Source: an uncultured virus (IMG/VR IMGVR_UViG_3300030376_005322) (taxonomy: Duplodnaviria; Heunggongvirae; Uroviricota; Caudoviricetes). From it: DNA of 64,000 nt. The position numbers were made by a program, and so were the translations under genes. Within the stretch, counting starts at the first letter, position 1. Each line of letters begins with the position of its first letter. Where the stretch lies: IMG/VR virus record IMGVR_UViG_3300030376_005322; one strand, given 5' to 3'. The notes beneath the pieces were generated by a model. It searched no databases, was not told the origin of the DNA, and worked only from the letters and a program-made list of their open reading frames with translations. Shown here in pieces: positions 29,282-39,035 of the stretch.

Positions 29282-30883
29282 TTATTCTCCGAGGTCAGAA
29301 AAGGAAAGAAGGCTTTGGAATTCTGATAGTTCTTTGAAAGAAAGAGTATCTTCTACTTCTTCTTCAACTTCTTCTGCTTTAGCCTCTTCGACTTCAGCAT
29401 CGACAACTTCAGTTTCAACTACTTCTGCTTTTTCGGATTCTTCTGATTCTTCAGCCTCAGCCTTTTTAGGGGCTTTCTTTGGCTTTTTAGCATCAGCGTT
29501 TCCAGCAGGAGTTCCTTCTACTTCCATTTCTTCAGGAGTGGAAGTACCACCATGAGAAAGGTTAGCAACAACGTCAGGTGCGGCTTCGCCAGCGCCTTCG
29601 CCTCGTTCATCTGAATCTGCATCAGTATTTGAGAAACCAGCGGTATCGCCAGCCTTCTCTTCTAAGTCTTCTAAGCGTTCAGAAAGAGTGTTAAGTGCTC
29701 TTACTGCATCGCCTAGTACCGTTTGAAGATCACTACCGGCTGGTGCGACCTCTTCCTCGGTGGTCTCATTGATTTCGGCATCATTAGCCATAATAGTGTC
29801 CTCCAGTAGGGACTTGATTTCGGTTATTTCTTTACCTTCCTCTATTAAAACATCCAATTCTTCTTGGATGCCTTCGGGAAGATTTTCTTTAAGTTCCATA
29901 ACGGCATCTATATACCCATCGGACTTTAGTTCTGGTGGCGTGCGGCCATCATCTCTATAGTGCCGTGCTATATGATTATAGACACCCTTACGGTCTGAGC
30001 CTCTCAACTTAGTGCCTTTACGAGCACCGTTAAGAAGTCCGAATGTGTTTTGTAGGGCTGAAAGGGCTGCTGGCCCGGGACGCCCATCTGAACCAACAAA
30101 ATGATGCACAAATGTGTAGTTTGTTTTCATTGCTGGGTCTTCGCCGGGAATATGGTAGGCAAAGATTTTTGAGAAATAAGCCTTATCTGCTGGTGACCGC
30201 ATATTCCTATACGCAGTCTTGTCATACCAGCCTTCATCACGCACGCCGGTTTTATGGCTGCGGGTAGGGCCTTTAAGTTCCATCTCTTCTAAATCAAATT
30301 CTTTAGGCTCAACGGGTGTTTCTTTAACACTTACAGTCGAGGTTCCGGGAGCAGCACCAAAAAGAACTGGGCTGTATTCGTACCATTCAAGAGACTTGAT
30401 AAAGCGGGTTTGAGATTCACCCTTCATTTCGGATTCGCCTTCTGGAACTGAATAGCCGATTGACCATTCTTGTTCTCCGCCAAAGAACTTAATGTCTTCG
30501 TAAGCCTCACGTCCACGTGTTGTGTTTAGGTTGAATTGCATTTTCACTAACACCCCTCCAGCATCTACTGCTTTGAGGTGTTCTGGAAGCCTGTTATCGC
30601 CGGGCATTAATTCTTCTGCAGATAAAGTTCTAGCCACTGGGATAGTTGTATCGTGTGACCAGACGCCTTTAGGCATTCTTTTCGTAAGAGTCTTTGTGTA
30701 AGCACCGGGTTCAATGACATCATTCACATTGTCAACAATGTTCGTGACAGAGACAACGGCTTGAACCGTTCCTTCGATATCATTTATCGCTTTTGCTTCT
30801 ACTCGCGCATTCTTGTGGGAAAGTTCCACTTCTCTGGCCTCCTGTGACCGTGTTTCTTTTAAGACTACGGGAACTTCTTGCAA
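29282..30883 (-). CDS. HK97-type prohead protease with C-terminal extension
   Basis: 'D.VNDVIEPGAY', 'WSHD', 'EWSIGY', 'EYSPVLFGA'; acidic scaffold-like tail. Confidence 0.9.
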   Translation of the reverse strand: MQEVPVVLKETRSQEAREVELSHKNARVEAKAINDIEGTVQAVVSVTNIVDNVNDVIEPGAYTKTLTKRMPKGVWSHDTTIPVARTLSAEELMPGDNRLPEHLKAVDAGGVLVKMQFNLNTTRGREAYEDIKFFGGEQEWSIGYSVPEGESEMKGESQTRFIKSLEWYEYSPVLFGAAPGTSTVSVKETPVEPKEFDLEEMELKGPTRSHKTGVRDEGWYDKTAYRNMRSPADKAYFSKIFAYHIPGEDPAMKTNYTFVHHFVGSDGRPGPAALSALQNTFGLLNGARKGTKLRGSDRKGVYNHIARHYRDDGRTPPELKSDGYIDAVMELKENLPEGIQEELDVLIEEGKEITEIKSLLEDTIMANDAEINETTEEEVAPAGSDLQTVLGDAVRALNTLSERLEDLEEKAGDTAGFSNTDADSDERGEGAGEAAPDVVANLSHGGTSTPEEMEVEGTPAGNADAKKPKKAPKKAEAEESEESEKAEVVETEVVDAEVEEAKAEEVEEEVEDTLSFKELSEFQSLLSFSDLGE

Positions 30884-30906
30884 AATAGTGGGAGCATATA
30901 GCCTAA

Positions 30907-33297
30907 CTATTCAGATGTTAATTCTCTACCTGTTCTAGCCACTGCAGTAGCAGCCAAACCGCCTGCGACAATGCTACCTATACGGGAGCCGCTACGGGCG
31001 GAATCTATGCCTGCCGAGTCAACTCCGAACTCAAGAAGTCCCCCTGTTGCAGGAACATTTGTGAATAACATTGTGCATCGGCAATTTATTACCTGATCTG
31101 GAGGAGCAGTAGGATCGCCGGGATTCATCATTGCATTACCGCCAACACTGAACCTGTCTGTGAGTAGTCTCGCTTGCCCATCTGCATCTGTATGAGTGTG
31201 TCTAACTTTTGCATCTTGCATCGAAAGCCAGACCTTGTATCTCAACCCAGCCTGTGTAGCAGCAATCATTTGGCCTTCATTGACAGCGAAAGACGCTTCA
31301 GTGGTGCCAATCATTCTTGCTCTCGTCTTTGTTGCTGATGCAAAAACTTCTTCAATACCTTCAGCAATAACATCGACAGATTTACCGCCCGTTAGTCCCT
31401 TCGAGATAACTTTTTCTAATTGCCGTCTTGTCGTTCTGTTGATTTCTTTCATGCGTTCAAGCCCAGCAATGATCGCTGCAGCAACTAAAGCATCTTCAGT
31501 ATCGAAGGCTTTCTCTCCAATAATCATCGCTACATCATTACCGCCATCAACTATTGCTGCTGAAAGGAACGACGTTGCATCGTCTTGTAATTGCTTATCC
31601 CATTTCGGACTATCGAACACTTCACCAACGGTGACAGAAACACCCTTGTTTACTTTTTCGCGTACTTTGCGTGACTTCCATTTCTCTAAAACAACTCTGC
31701 GTTGCCTCTGGAAAAGTGAAGTTACTTGAATAGCAATCGAATCTTCTATTCTTGCCAACTGCTGATCTCTTCTCATCCGAGTGAGGTCAGCCTCTTTTTT
31801 GTCAATCCAAAGATTCCCGTAATGGAATCCCCACTTCGTTTCGTCTAAAGGGACCGCATCATCGGCTTTAGCCTCGACCCCTTCCTCAGATTTCATAGGA
31901 GTGATAGCCCCCATCGGGGTATCTACAGAAGGAACAGTACTAGCAGGCGCTTCAGGTTCCACTGGGGGAGCAGTCGGAGCAGGTTGAGGCGGGGTCGCTA
32001 TTCCTTGAGGAACAATTTGTATTAAAGATGGCCCACTTGGTGAACCTTCTTCAGATACCTGACCCACAGCCATAAGGTTGCTGTTAATAAACAAGTGGTC
32101 AGCGCCAACTGGGTCTCTGCCAGTTAATTGCCTGTACTCGTCGATTGTTATTGCCCCATTCTTCAATTCATCTAAATGGAATGTGGCTCTTTCTCTTTCA
32201 TCACGGGAAAGGATCGCTACGTCAGAAAGATCAAATTTCACAGTTAGTTCTTCAGAACCGTCAATACGGTCGAACGCACGTTCGATAAGCATTAAGTGTG
32301 GGAGCATCGTTTCTCTCCAGAACACTTCAAGTTCCGTATCCGCATTAGCGAAAGTCGAGTTCTTAGCATTACCTACAACTGATTCAGGAACGCCGAAGGC
32401 CATGAGAATTTCTTCTTTAGCCAACTGTTTCGACTCAGCGTATTGAGAATCACGGTTCGTTATAGAAGTATCGAAATATGCTGCGTGCTCTGCTTCCATA
32501 ACTGTTAAACGCCCAGCCCCGCCTAAAGCAGAACCAGTGTTACCCAAGAAGCGGCGACGTAACTCGTCTGCGCTATCGTCGTCCATCTCACCTTTGACCA
32601 TCAAAATTCCGCCGGGTCGCCCATCGTTAATCATAAAGTTCCGATTGAACACCCTTGCAAAATAATCAATCTCAGTAGCAAGTCCACAAGACTCTAAAGG
32701 AGACTGACCTCTGTAAGGATCAATAGGGTGAGGTATCCGAAGCCAAACAACATTCTCAGGTGGAATGATCCTGTCCTGATGAGGGTGAGGCATTTCGACT
32801 TTGAAACCAGAAATGAATTTATTCGCATCTGGAATTGGGAAAGTTTTTTCTGGCGGTAATAAAGAGAGGCTCGTTATTTCATCAAGACGATTACGTGTCA
32901 CCTCAATAAATGCTCCTCGTTTAGAGAGAAGGATTTGAGAAGAAAGTTGAAAGCGGAAATTGTAAGCGTCATGGTAAGGGTTAGCCATACGGTTAAGTAT
33001 TGGCAATAAGAAATGATCGCCCTTTTCGTTGCCATCAGAATCATTTATGAACGCCCGGAGCCTCGCAGCGTTAGAAGCAATAGCGTAAACGCTCTTATAG
33101 ACCCAAGTAACTCTGTCGTTACCATGCGTCACAGCACGCTCTACGTCCCAGTCATCTTTGTAAGGAGTGTTTTTACCGCCCCCTACTCCGTATTGGTTCA
33201 TGCTTGCACCGGAAAAAACATTTGCTTTCCCGCTGCTTAAGCCTTCCCAACCATCACGGTTGTGACCTCTGAATCTAAACCCATCTAAGAAACCCAT
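30907..33297 (-). CDS. portal protein fused to MuF/head-morphogenesis domain
   Basis: HK97 portal motifs (GQSPLE, I..AFGVP, IT.DE.R); C-terminal 'KVWLS..D.KVRHTH...DGQ...PGDP.....INCRC'. Confidence 0.9.
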   Translation of the reverse strand: MGFLDGFRFRGHNRDGWEGLSSGKANVFSGASMNQYGVGGGKNTPYKDDWDVERAVTHGNDRVTWVYKSVYAIASNAARLRAFINDSDGNEKGDHFLLPILNRMANPYHDAYNFRFQLSSQILLSKRGAFIEVTRNRLDEITSLSLLPPEKTFPIPDANKFISGFKVEMPHPHQDRIIPPENVVWLRIPHPIDPYRGQSPLESCGLATEIDYFARVFNRNFMINDGRPGGILMVKGEMDDDSADELRRRFLGNTGSALGGAGRLTVMEAEHAAYFDTSITNRDSQYAESKQLAKEEILMAFGVPESVVGNAKNSTFANADTELEVFWRETMLPHLMLIERAFDRIDGSEELTVKFDLSDVAILSRDERERATFHLDELKNGAITIDEYRQLTGRDPVGADHLFINSNLMAVGQVSEEGSPSGPSLIQIVPQGIATPPQPAPTAPPVEPEAPASTVPSVDTPMGAITPMKSEEGVEAKADDAVPLDETKWGFHYGNLWIDKKEADLTRMRRDQQLARIEDSIAIQVTSLFQRQRRVVLEKWKSRKVREKVNKGVSVTVGEVFDSPKWDKQLQDDATSFLSAAIVDGGNDVAMIIGEKAFDTEDALVAAAIIAGLERMKEINRTTRRQLEKVISKGLTGGKSVDVIAEGIEEVFASATKTRARMIGTTEASFAVNEGQMIAATQAGLRYKVWLSMQDAKVRHTHTDADGQARLLTDRFSVGGNAMMNPGDPTAPPDQVINCRCTMLFTNVPATGGLLEFGVDSAGIDSARSGSRIGSIVAGGLAATAVARTGRELTSE

Positions 33298-33298
33298 A

Positions 33299-33532
33299 TC
33301 AGCCCTCGTAGCCTAATAACCAAGCGACCATAAATAACATTCCAGCAGAAACAAACAAACCAGTCGCAGTGTTAACCGTGAATCCACCAGATGCTCCAGC
33401 CGCCACTGACGAACAAAGTGCAGTGATTGTAACTTTTTCTCGTATACCTGTCCGCGCAATAAGTGACAAAATCATAGCAACGAGAGTTACAGAACCCCAA
33501 ATAATGAGTGCAGTTGAGCCAAGCATAACCAC
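33299..33532 (-). CDS. small membrane protein
   Basis: Hydrophobic segments; typical gene just upstream of portal. Confidence 0.6.
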   Translation of the reverse strand: MVMLGSTALIIWGSVTLVAMILSLIARTGIREKVTITALCSSVAAGASGGFTVNTATGLFVSAGMLFMVAWLLGYEG

Positions 33533-33786
33533 TAGCCTACGTCTCCTGAACGACTATTCGTGGTAGGCGCAGCAAGAGAGTTTGTCGATTCATATTTTCT
33601 GTCTGGATCATACACATATACAGATAAGCCCGGTCCCTTCCTGTAATAAGGTGCTCTACCCATATCAAGCATAATACGTTCAGCGAGAGGAACAGCAACT
33701 CTTAATTCTTGTTCATCGCAAGGTCCACCTTCAAAAGTTACAACCCGCGCAGTTTCCTTTTTGTTGTTTAGTTTTTTCCTGCCCAT
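33532..33786 (-). CDS. hypothetical protein
   Basis: 'F.GGP.D' motif; leaderless TAGGAT-7nt-ATG. Confidence 0.6.
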   Translation of the reverse strand: MGRKKLNNKKETARVVTFEGGPCDEQELRVAVPLAERIMLDMGRAPYYRKGPGLSVYVYDPDRKYESTNSLAAPTTNSRSGDVG

Positions 33787-33980
33787 TACTTACATCCTAG
33801 CGCGCCAGAAACCCCCAAGAGGGGTCCCGGCTAACACACCTCCAGTCATAGACGAGTATTACCTCTGCCAGACTTACACATAAAATTGGTTAGTCAGGGT
33901 TAACGCGACAGCCCCACCCTGCCGGGGATACAGGGTGGGGCCGGAACCCCACCGGGGAAAGGAGGGAAAACCCGGAGGGG

Positions 33981-34226
33981 CTAATTCCCTGTACTATAAA
34001 CTGTTCCATCGTCTAGACGAAAGAGGATAGGCTCTCCCTGATCGTTGTAGATCACTTCAACTTCTTCTCTAGAGTCGTCATGCTCTTTTGCTAATTGGCC
34101 ACAAGTCACAACACCCCAGCCAAAAACTACAAAGAAAAGAATGAAAAAAAGAACTGTCAAAATTCTTTCCGCTACTGCTGTATCTTTAATCATGGTTGAA
34201 TCAAGGCGGGGTAACGAGGACGACAT
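33981..34226 (-). CDS. small membrane protein
   Basis: One strong TM segment; true start may be ATG near 34193. Confidence 0.5.
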   Translation of the reverse strand: MSSSLPRLDSTMIKDTAVAERILTVLFFILFFVVFGWGVVTCGQLAKEHDDSREEVEVIYNDQGEPILFRLDDGTVYSTGN

Positions 34227-34299
34227 GACAGCATCCCCGCTACACCCACCTTTCTATTAAGTAACAGCAGGCAGTGTCCGAGGGGATTGGGTGTCACTG

Positions 34300-34554
34300 T
34301 CAGTCTCCCGCTGCTCTTAACAATAAAACTTTTTGCCGGTCTCCATTTAAGGATGAACAACAGCCAGCCCCAAATGCAGGAGAAACCCAACTTGATGGGT
34401 TTTCCATAATCTCATCATACTTCTCGCAGAAATGCCCGCCGGGGATATCTCCACCTAAGAACGAACACTGATTTTTCTCAACGTTCCATTTCCCAAAAGG
34501 ACAAGGCCCTTGTTTACAGCACCAGCCTGAACGCACACAAGGGGAAGAACTCAT
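34300..34554 (-). CDS. Cys-rich protein
   Basis: C..SG.CC...PC...C...C...GCC pattern; ATGA overlap with upstream gene. Confidence 0.6.
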   Translation of the reverse strand: MSSSPCVRSGWCCKQGPCPFGKWNVEKNQCSFLGGDIPGGHFCEKYDEIMENPSSWVSPAFGAGCCSSLNGDRQKVLLLRAAGD

Positions 34555-34889
34555 TTTCTGTTATGAAGGATTAATGGAGTGTGCTCACCTAAGTAAGAAC
34601 CAAAAGTGTTGAAAGAAAGAAACTCATCTGCCTCTGAGTAACTCATGTCCATAGTGAACATCAATTTTTCGAGCATTTTTTCTGCATCGTAAACGAGTAC
34701 ATCAGGCATATTTATTCTTCTTGCCGCACCAATGATGCAAGAGTCGAATAGGTCAACTGGTCCGGGACCATCAAAAACTACTGCCTCTGGATTGTATTCA
34801 GCAAGTTCCTGCCAGAACTCTCCGGCTCTAATAACTAATTCTTCATCTGGGTATTCGTATGTCTCATTCATAACTGTTCTGGTATCCAA
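34551..34889 (-). CDS. conserved phage hypothetical protein
   Basis: 'D..IIG.....VLVYD..KM...M...EA.EF.SFN..G.Y.GE.TP' is a recurrent phage family pattern. Confidence 0.65.
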   Translation of the reverse strand: MDTRTVMNETYEYPDEELVIRAGEFWQELAEYNPEAVVFDGPGPVDLFDSCIIGAARRINMPDVLVYDAEKMLEKLMFTMDMSYSEADEFLSFNTFGSYLGEHTPLILHNRK

Positions 34890-35380
34890 CCAGTATTTAT
34901 TTTGTTCACGAATTTAGGGCGTGAAAGTTTGTTGTATTTTTCCTGCAACTGTTGATGCTCTTCCCATAACTCGTCGTATTTCTTTTTCCAAGAGATGCGT
35001 CGAGGGTTAGGCTCTAAAGTGTCAGCGTCAGGGTTGGCTAAATACTTTACGTTTTCAGCCGTGACATAAGCGTGCTGATTTTTGCGAACCTGAACTGTCT
35101 TAACTAAGCGTCCAGCAAGTTCCAAGTTTCTAATACTTGAAGAAACCGACTGGTGTTTTTTATTAGTAAGCGTTTCTGCTTCTTCGCTTGTCAGCCCTAA
35201 CTTGCCATTCGCATGACATAAATTAATAATCGTTTGCTGCAATGTTGCCGCTTGTTGAATTTCGTACTGTTCATGCATCTCTGAAGTTTTAGAACCAGCA
35301 ACACTCCCAGTCCCATTGTTGTATTCAAAAGATGGTTCAAAATGTTTCATAACTTCCCTTGTGTAGTCGAACCGTTCCAT
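34868..35380 (-). CDS. winged-HTH DNA-binding protein
   Basis: 'GLT.EE.E......HQSVSS.I..L...G.L'. Confidence 0.6.
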   Translation of the reverse strand: MERFDYTREVMKHFEPSFEYNNGTGSVAGSKTSEMHEQYEIQQAATLQQTIINLCHANGKLGLTSEEAETLTNKKHQSVSSSIRNLELAGRLVKTVQVRKNQHAYVTAENVKYLANPDADTLEPNPRRISWKKKYDELWEEHQQLQEKYNKLSRPKFVNKINTGWIPEQL

Positions 35381-35644
35381 CTAAGCCACTTCCTTTCTAC
35401 GTTTAGCCATATCCTTGTCTTTAATTTCTCTAAACCAGCAACCGTTGCATAAAGTAGCATTAGCGTTGACTGGGATTCTCTGAGAACACTCACCCATTAT
35501 TGGGTACCCCAAGCAACCCCGAGAGAGACCTGTGTATTGACGATGTTCTTCCCAAGTGTCTCTCCTGTTCGTCTTCTCACACACTTTCCCGGAACCAGTC
35601 CAGTGTGTAATCATCTTTACTCTTGTGTTTTTGAGTTGCCCCAT
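35381..35644 (-). CDS. hypothetical Cys-containing protein
   Basis: GGAAGG RBS; 87 aa. Confidence 0.55.
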   Translation of the reverse strand: MGQLKNTRVKMITHWTGSGKVCEKTNRRDTWEEHRQYTGLSRGCLGYPIMGECSQRIPVNANATLCNGCWFREIKDKDMAKRRKEVA

Positions 35645-35656
35645 ATTTTTCCTTCC

Positions 35657-36910
35657 TTACGCCGCATCTGTTACTGCGTAAACAACTTTGTCGAACTCTT
35701 TGAACGGAGCATCTTCTGGACCCTTAATGTGAGAAGGGATCAAAATTGCTCTATGCGATTTAGGATTTTTTATAGTTTTTTCTTCATCTAAATATGCAGG
35801 CCCCAGTGTTGGATAATGTTGCTGGCGAATATGTTGCTCCACAACAAACTGGCATGTCAGCCTTCTACCTGATTCATTATTTTCAGAAGGTCTATAAGGC
35901 TTCCGAGGTAAGTCAATAATTTTTACAGTCTCTTTCAAGGAGCCTGAATTGAAACCAGATTTATCTGCTTTGCGTTTAATCTTTTTAGCCGTTGATTTAG
36001 AAATTACTGATTCGCTTAAATCGTTCATGCCTTTTCTATTTATGTAATCCAAGAAAGCACGAAGGCCGCAAAGCACTCTTGCATTTTCTGGATACTTACA
36101 CCATGTAGGCAGATAATATTTTCCGCTTTCTAATTTGCTGTTTTTTTGCAAATCAATAACTTCGTCTTTTTCTATGACATGGAAGTCTTGGTTGAAATCC
36201 CATCCCCACATATCAGTTGGTTCATCTTGACCAAAGAAGTTCAAATCTAAAAGACCAGTGCCGATCATGGTGTCCCATAGGTCAATAGTGTCACCTATCA
36301 CATCAGCCAGAGAAGTGTCTTCTGGTATGCCATATAGATGTTTCCCTTCTTCTAAAGACAACCTCGTTTTTTTATGAGACCCTCTTGTAAGCCACCGGCA
36401 ATTCATCACTCCAGAATCATCATCTATTCTGAAGTAGTCACCGGATTCTTTGTCGAACCTTGCCTCGCTAGAGATAGAGCAAATAAACATGTTGGTATCG
36501 AATAGGACAAATTCTTCAGGAGAAAGAACTGGCCATTGGTCTGTTTTCATTCCGTGCTGGTAAAGAGACGCCGCTCCCCTGTCTATGATCTCCGCCATCA
36601 TTGGCTCGATCCAAAAAATTTGTGCGTTCATAAGTTGTTGCCCGACATGCTTATACGCTTCGTTTGGATTTATGTCACCGAACAGCGACCAGTCGAAAGA
36701 GAACGCAACAGCCCTTTCGCTGATTCGTTTTTCATCACGGACTTCTCTCAGCCACCGTTCATACTCTCCATTGAGACTTTTCCTCCCGGTGGTGTTTCTT
36801 AAGAAATAATCCACCACTCTCGAATGAGCAAACTGGGCAAGGCTAGCCCCTTGTTCTTTTGAAACGATAGGCAAGCCAGATTCATCTAAACCTAAATCTA
36901 ATAATTTCAT
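35657..36910 (-). CDS. hypothetical protein with conserved actinophage-type C-terminal motif
   Basis: C-terminus 'VVEQHIRQQHYP...HR.ILIP.HIKGPEDAP'; start moved to ATG 36910 (ATGA overlap). Confidence 0.65.
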   Translation of the reverse strand: MKLLDLGLDESGLPIVSKEQGASLAQFAHSRVVDYFLRNTTGRKSLNGEYERWLREVRDEKRISERAVAFSFDWSLFGDINPNEAYKHVGQQLMNAQIFWIEPMMAEIIDRGAASLYQHGMKTDQWPVLSPEEFVLFDTNMFICSISSEARFDKESGDYFRIDDDSGVMNCRWLTRGSHKKTRLSLEEGKHLYGIPEDTSLADVIGDTIDLWDTMIGTGLLDLNFFGQDEPTDMWGWDFNQDFHVIEKDEVIDLQKNSKLESGKYYLPTWCKYPENARVLCGLRAFLDYINRKGMNDLSESVISKSTAKKIKRKADKSGFNSGSLKETVKIIDLPRKPYRPSENNESGRRLTCQFVVEQHIRQQHYPTLGPAYLDEEKTIKNPKSHRAILIPSHIKGPEDAPFKEFDKVVYAVTDAA

Positions 36911-37170
36911 AGAGCGCCTTCTAACCAGACGTTCAAAAACTCTTCCATCGAGTAATAAGCGGAGCCTTCCATATCTTTGACCCAAGCAACCCATTCGTCG
37001 TCTTGCCGAACAATTATTGCCGCCCATTCCCCATAACTATCGTTGGCGTATAAGTACCAACCAGTTTGAAGACCTTCATCAGGATGAGGGGTGACAGTAT
37101 AAAGATCAGGATGTGCTTCAGCGTGCTGTAAAACCTTCACGACAGGAATTGGTGTTATCAACATGACCAA
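36907..37170 (-). CDS. hypothetical protein
   Basis: 87-aa ORF overlapping neighbours. Confidence 0.55.
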   Translation of the reverse strand: MVMLITPIPVVKVLQHAEAHPDLYTVTPHPDEGLQTGWYLYANDSYGEWAAIIVRQDDEWVAWVKDMEGSAYYSMEEFLNVWLEGAL

Positions 37171-37568
37171 GTACCTGACCTTCCAGTCACATACTCATTT
37201 GCTGGAACTCTTTTTTGGAAATCAGAAAACTCAACAAGGACAGTGTTGTCTTCAAAGCATTCAACAACAAAGCCGGGAGATTTTTTAGTTCCCTTTGCTT
37301 GCTTTAGTTGAACCCAAACGTTAGTGCCCGGTTTAAGTATTCTTTGACCTTCTCTACGTATCTCACCAGAGAAGACTTCTCTTTCCGGTGTTTCGATAAT
37401 TGTAGTTTGGCTACTCATAGGAAACTCTTTAATAAAGAAGGGGAACTTGAGTCGCTCCAGTTCTTTTTTATCGAACATCTGTTGCCATTGTCGAACACCT
37501 ACTCCCGAGTTAATCTCGGTCCAGTGCTTCTTGTTCTTTAAGTCGTATTCTTCTGTGAAGTCTTTCAC
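37158..37568 (-). CDS. hypothetical protein
   Basis: 136-aa ORF, divergent from the DUF1599-like gene. Confidence 0.55.
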   Translation of the reverse strand: MKDFTEEYDLKNKKHWTEINSGVGVRQWQQMFDKKELERLKFPFFIKEFPMSSQTTIIETPEREVFSGEIRREGQRILKPGTNVWVQLKQAKGTKKSPGFVVECFEDNTVLVEFSDFQKRVPANEYVTGRSGTWSC

Positions 37569-37658
37569 GTGTCATGTCTTTCATCTAGTCAACTATCTAT
37601 TGTATCTTCTTTTAAGAGGGTTCACAACCTCCACCTTGAAAGCCCCTATGCTTCAAGT

Positions 37659-38189
37659 ATGGCTAAACCACAAGTTTGGGAAGACGGAGCAACAATCGTC
37701 GGCATGTCATACTTCGACCTGTGGAACGACGAAGACGCCCTCAACTTTCCTGATGAGCACGCCGCTCTAGATTTCATAGAGCAACAAATCTACGAACTAA
37801 GAGAATTGTATTTCACCGCTGGACAACCCCAGCCTGACCATGCAGACGAGACTGCTGTGAGCCACTTGTTCGCAAATATTGGAGCAGCGGCTTTTGATGC
37901 TTACGTCATAGCCGGGAAAATACTTCCATCAGAAGCGATGAAACATATTCTCCTAACCATCACCAGCAAGCAGTCAATGTATGGACACAACAATATTGCA
38001 GGCTTTGGTATACCCGGAATTATTATTCGTTGCTGGGATAAAGTTCAGCGACTACACAACCTTGAGAACCATAACGGCCCAGTTTTATTTGAACCAGAAT
38101 TAGATTCTTGGCTAGATATAACCGGCTACGCAATCATCGCAATGATGTGGATTAACGATTGGTTTATGTTGGACTTGTCTAAGAACTAG
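37659..38189 (+). CDS. DUF1599/nucleotide-modification-associated domain protein
   Basis: 'KQ..YG..NI..FG..G..IR..DK..RL.NL...DS.LDI.GYAII'; leaderless TATGCT-6nt-ATG at 37659. Confidence 0.7.
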   Translation: MAKPQVWEDGATIVGMSYFDLWNDEDALNFPDEHAALDFIEQQIYELRELYFTAGQPQPDHADETAVSHLFANIGAAAFDAYVIAGKILPSEAMKHILLTITSKQSMYGHNNIAGFGIPGIIIRCWDKVQRLHNLENHNGPVLFEPELDSWLDITGYAIIAMMWINDWFMLDLSKN

Positions 38190-38602
38190 AAAGGTTCTGC
38201 AGGTGCTGAACCAGCGCCACCTTTAGAAGCGCCAGAGCCGCCCTTAGCAACCTTTGTTACTTCAACAGTTGCCCATCGGCAAGAAGCCCCAATGTCGTCA
38301 GCAACGATTACGACTTTACGGCGAGGTTCGCCTGAGTCTTTATCTTCCCAACGTTGTTCTTCTAAACGTCCAGTGACCATTATTCTTTGTCCTGATGAAA
38401 GCGAATCGGCAACATTTTCTGCCATAGCCGCCCATGAGGTTACATCAAAGAATGATGTTTCTTCTACCCATTCTCCGTCTTTCTGCCAACGGCGATTTAC
38501 TGCCATTCTTAGATCGGCAACAGCCGCACCATTCTTGGTGAAGCGGATTTCAGGGTCAGCGGTGAGATTACCCACCACCATAATGTTGTTATCAACAGCC
38601 AT
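38186..38602 (-). CDS. ssb: single-stranded DNA-binding protein
   Basis: GNLTADPEIRFT..G.AVA...AVNRR; acidic-PF C-terminus. Confidence 0.95.
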   Translation of the reverse strand: MAVDNNIMVVGNLTADPEIRFTKNGAAVADLRMAVNRRWQKDGEWVEETSFFDVTSWAAMAENVADSLSSGQRIMVTGRLEEQRWEDKDSGEPRRKVVIVADDIGASCRWATVEVTKVAKGGSGASKGGAGSAPAEPF

Positions 38603-38728
38603 GTCTTTACTCCTATCTGGCGTGTCTTACTTTTAAGGGGACGATATAAACCCCAGCCCGTGCATGTAATAATCCGGCGGCAACTGGAGCATGTATGGGC
38701 AGGGGCAAATATCGCCTATTTCAGCGGT

Positions 38729-39028
38729 TTATACCCGCCCTAGTAGTCTATCAGTTGGCACAAGCGTTCGCGCTTGTTTAGGCAAATATGTGACAAGCCC
38801 TGCTTCGACAAGGCGTTCTATGTCAGCCCGGACTGTCCCGAGAGAAGAAACGCAAGTCTCTGATTGAATCTCTCTCAACGTAGGGCCGAACTTATTTGCT
38901 TCCCAGTAGTCGGCTATAAAGGTTGCGACTCTGGAAAGACGCTCCCCTGTTATTACCGCACGCTGAGTTTTAGGTTCTGCTTGTGGAGGTTCCTGAACTG
39001 AACCAAAGGTGTAACTAAATGTAGACAT
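38729..39028 (-). CDS. LexA-like DNA-binding domain protein (no peptidase domain)
   Basis: 'FI.DY....FGPTLREI......S.GTV...I.RL...G.V.....ARTL' matches the LexA N-terminal winged HTH pattern. Confidence 0.75.
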   Translation of the reverse strand: MSTFSYTFGSVQEPPQAEPKTQRAVITGERLSRVATFIADYWEANKFGPTLREIQSETCVSSLGTVRADIERLVEAGLVTYLPKQARTLVPTDRLLGRV

Positions 39029-39035
39029 AACTCTC

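Noticed and set aside
193..33566. Numerous + strand ORFs in the ORF track opposite structural genes
   Set aside because: Antisense shadows of well-supported minus-strand genes, with no RBS or recognisable motifs.
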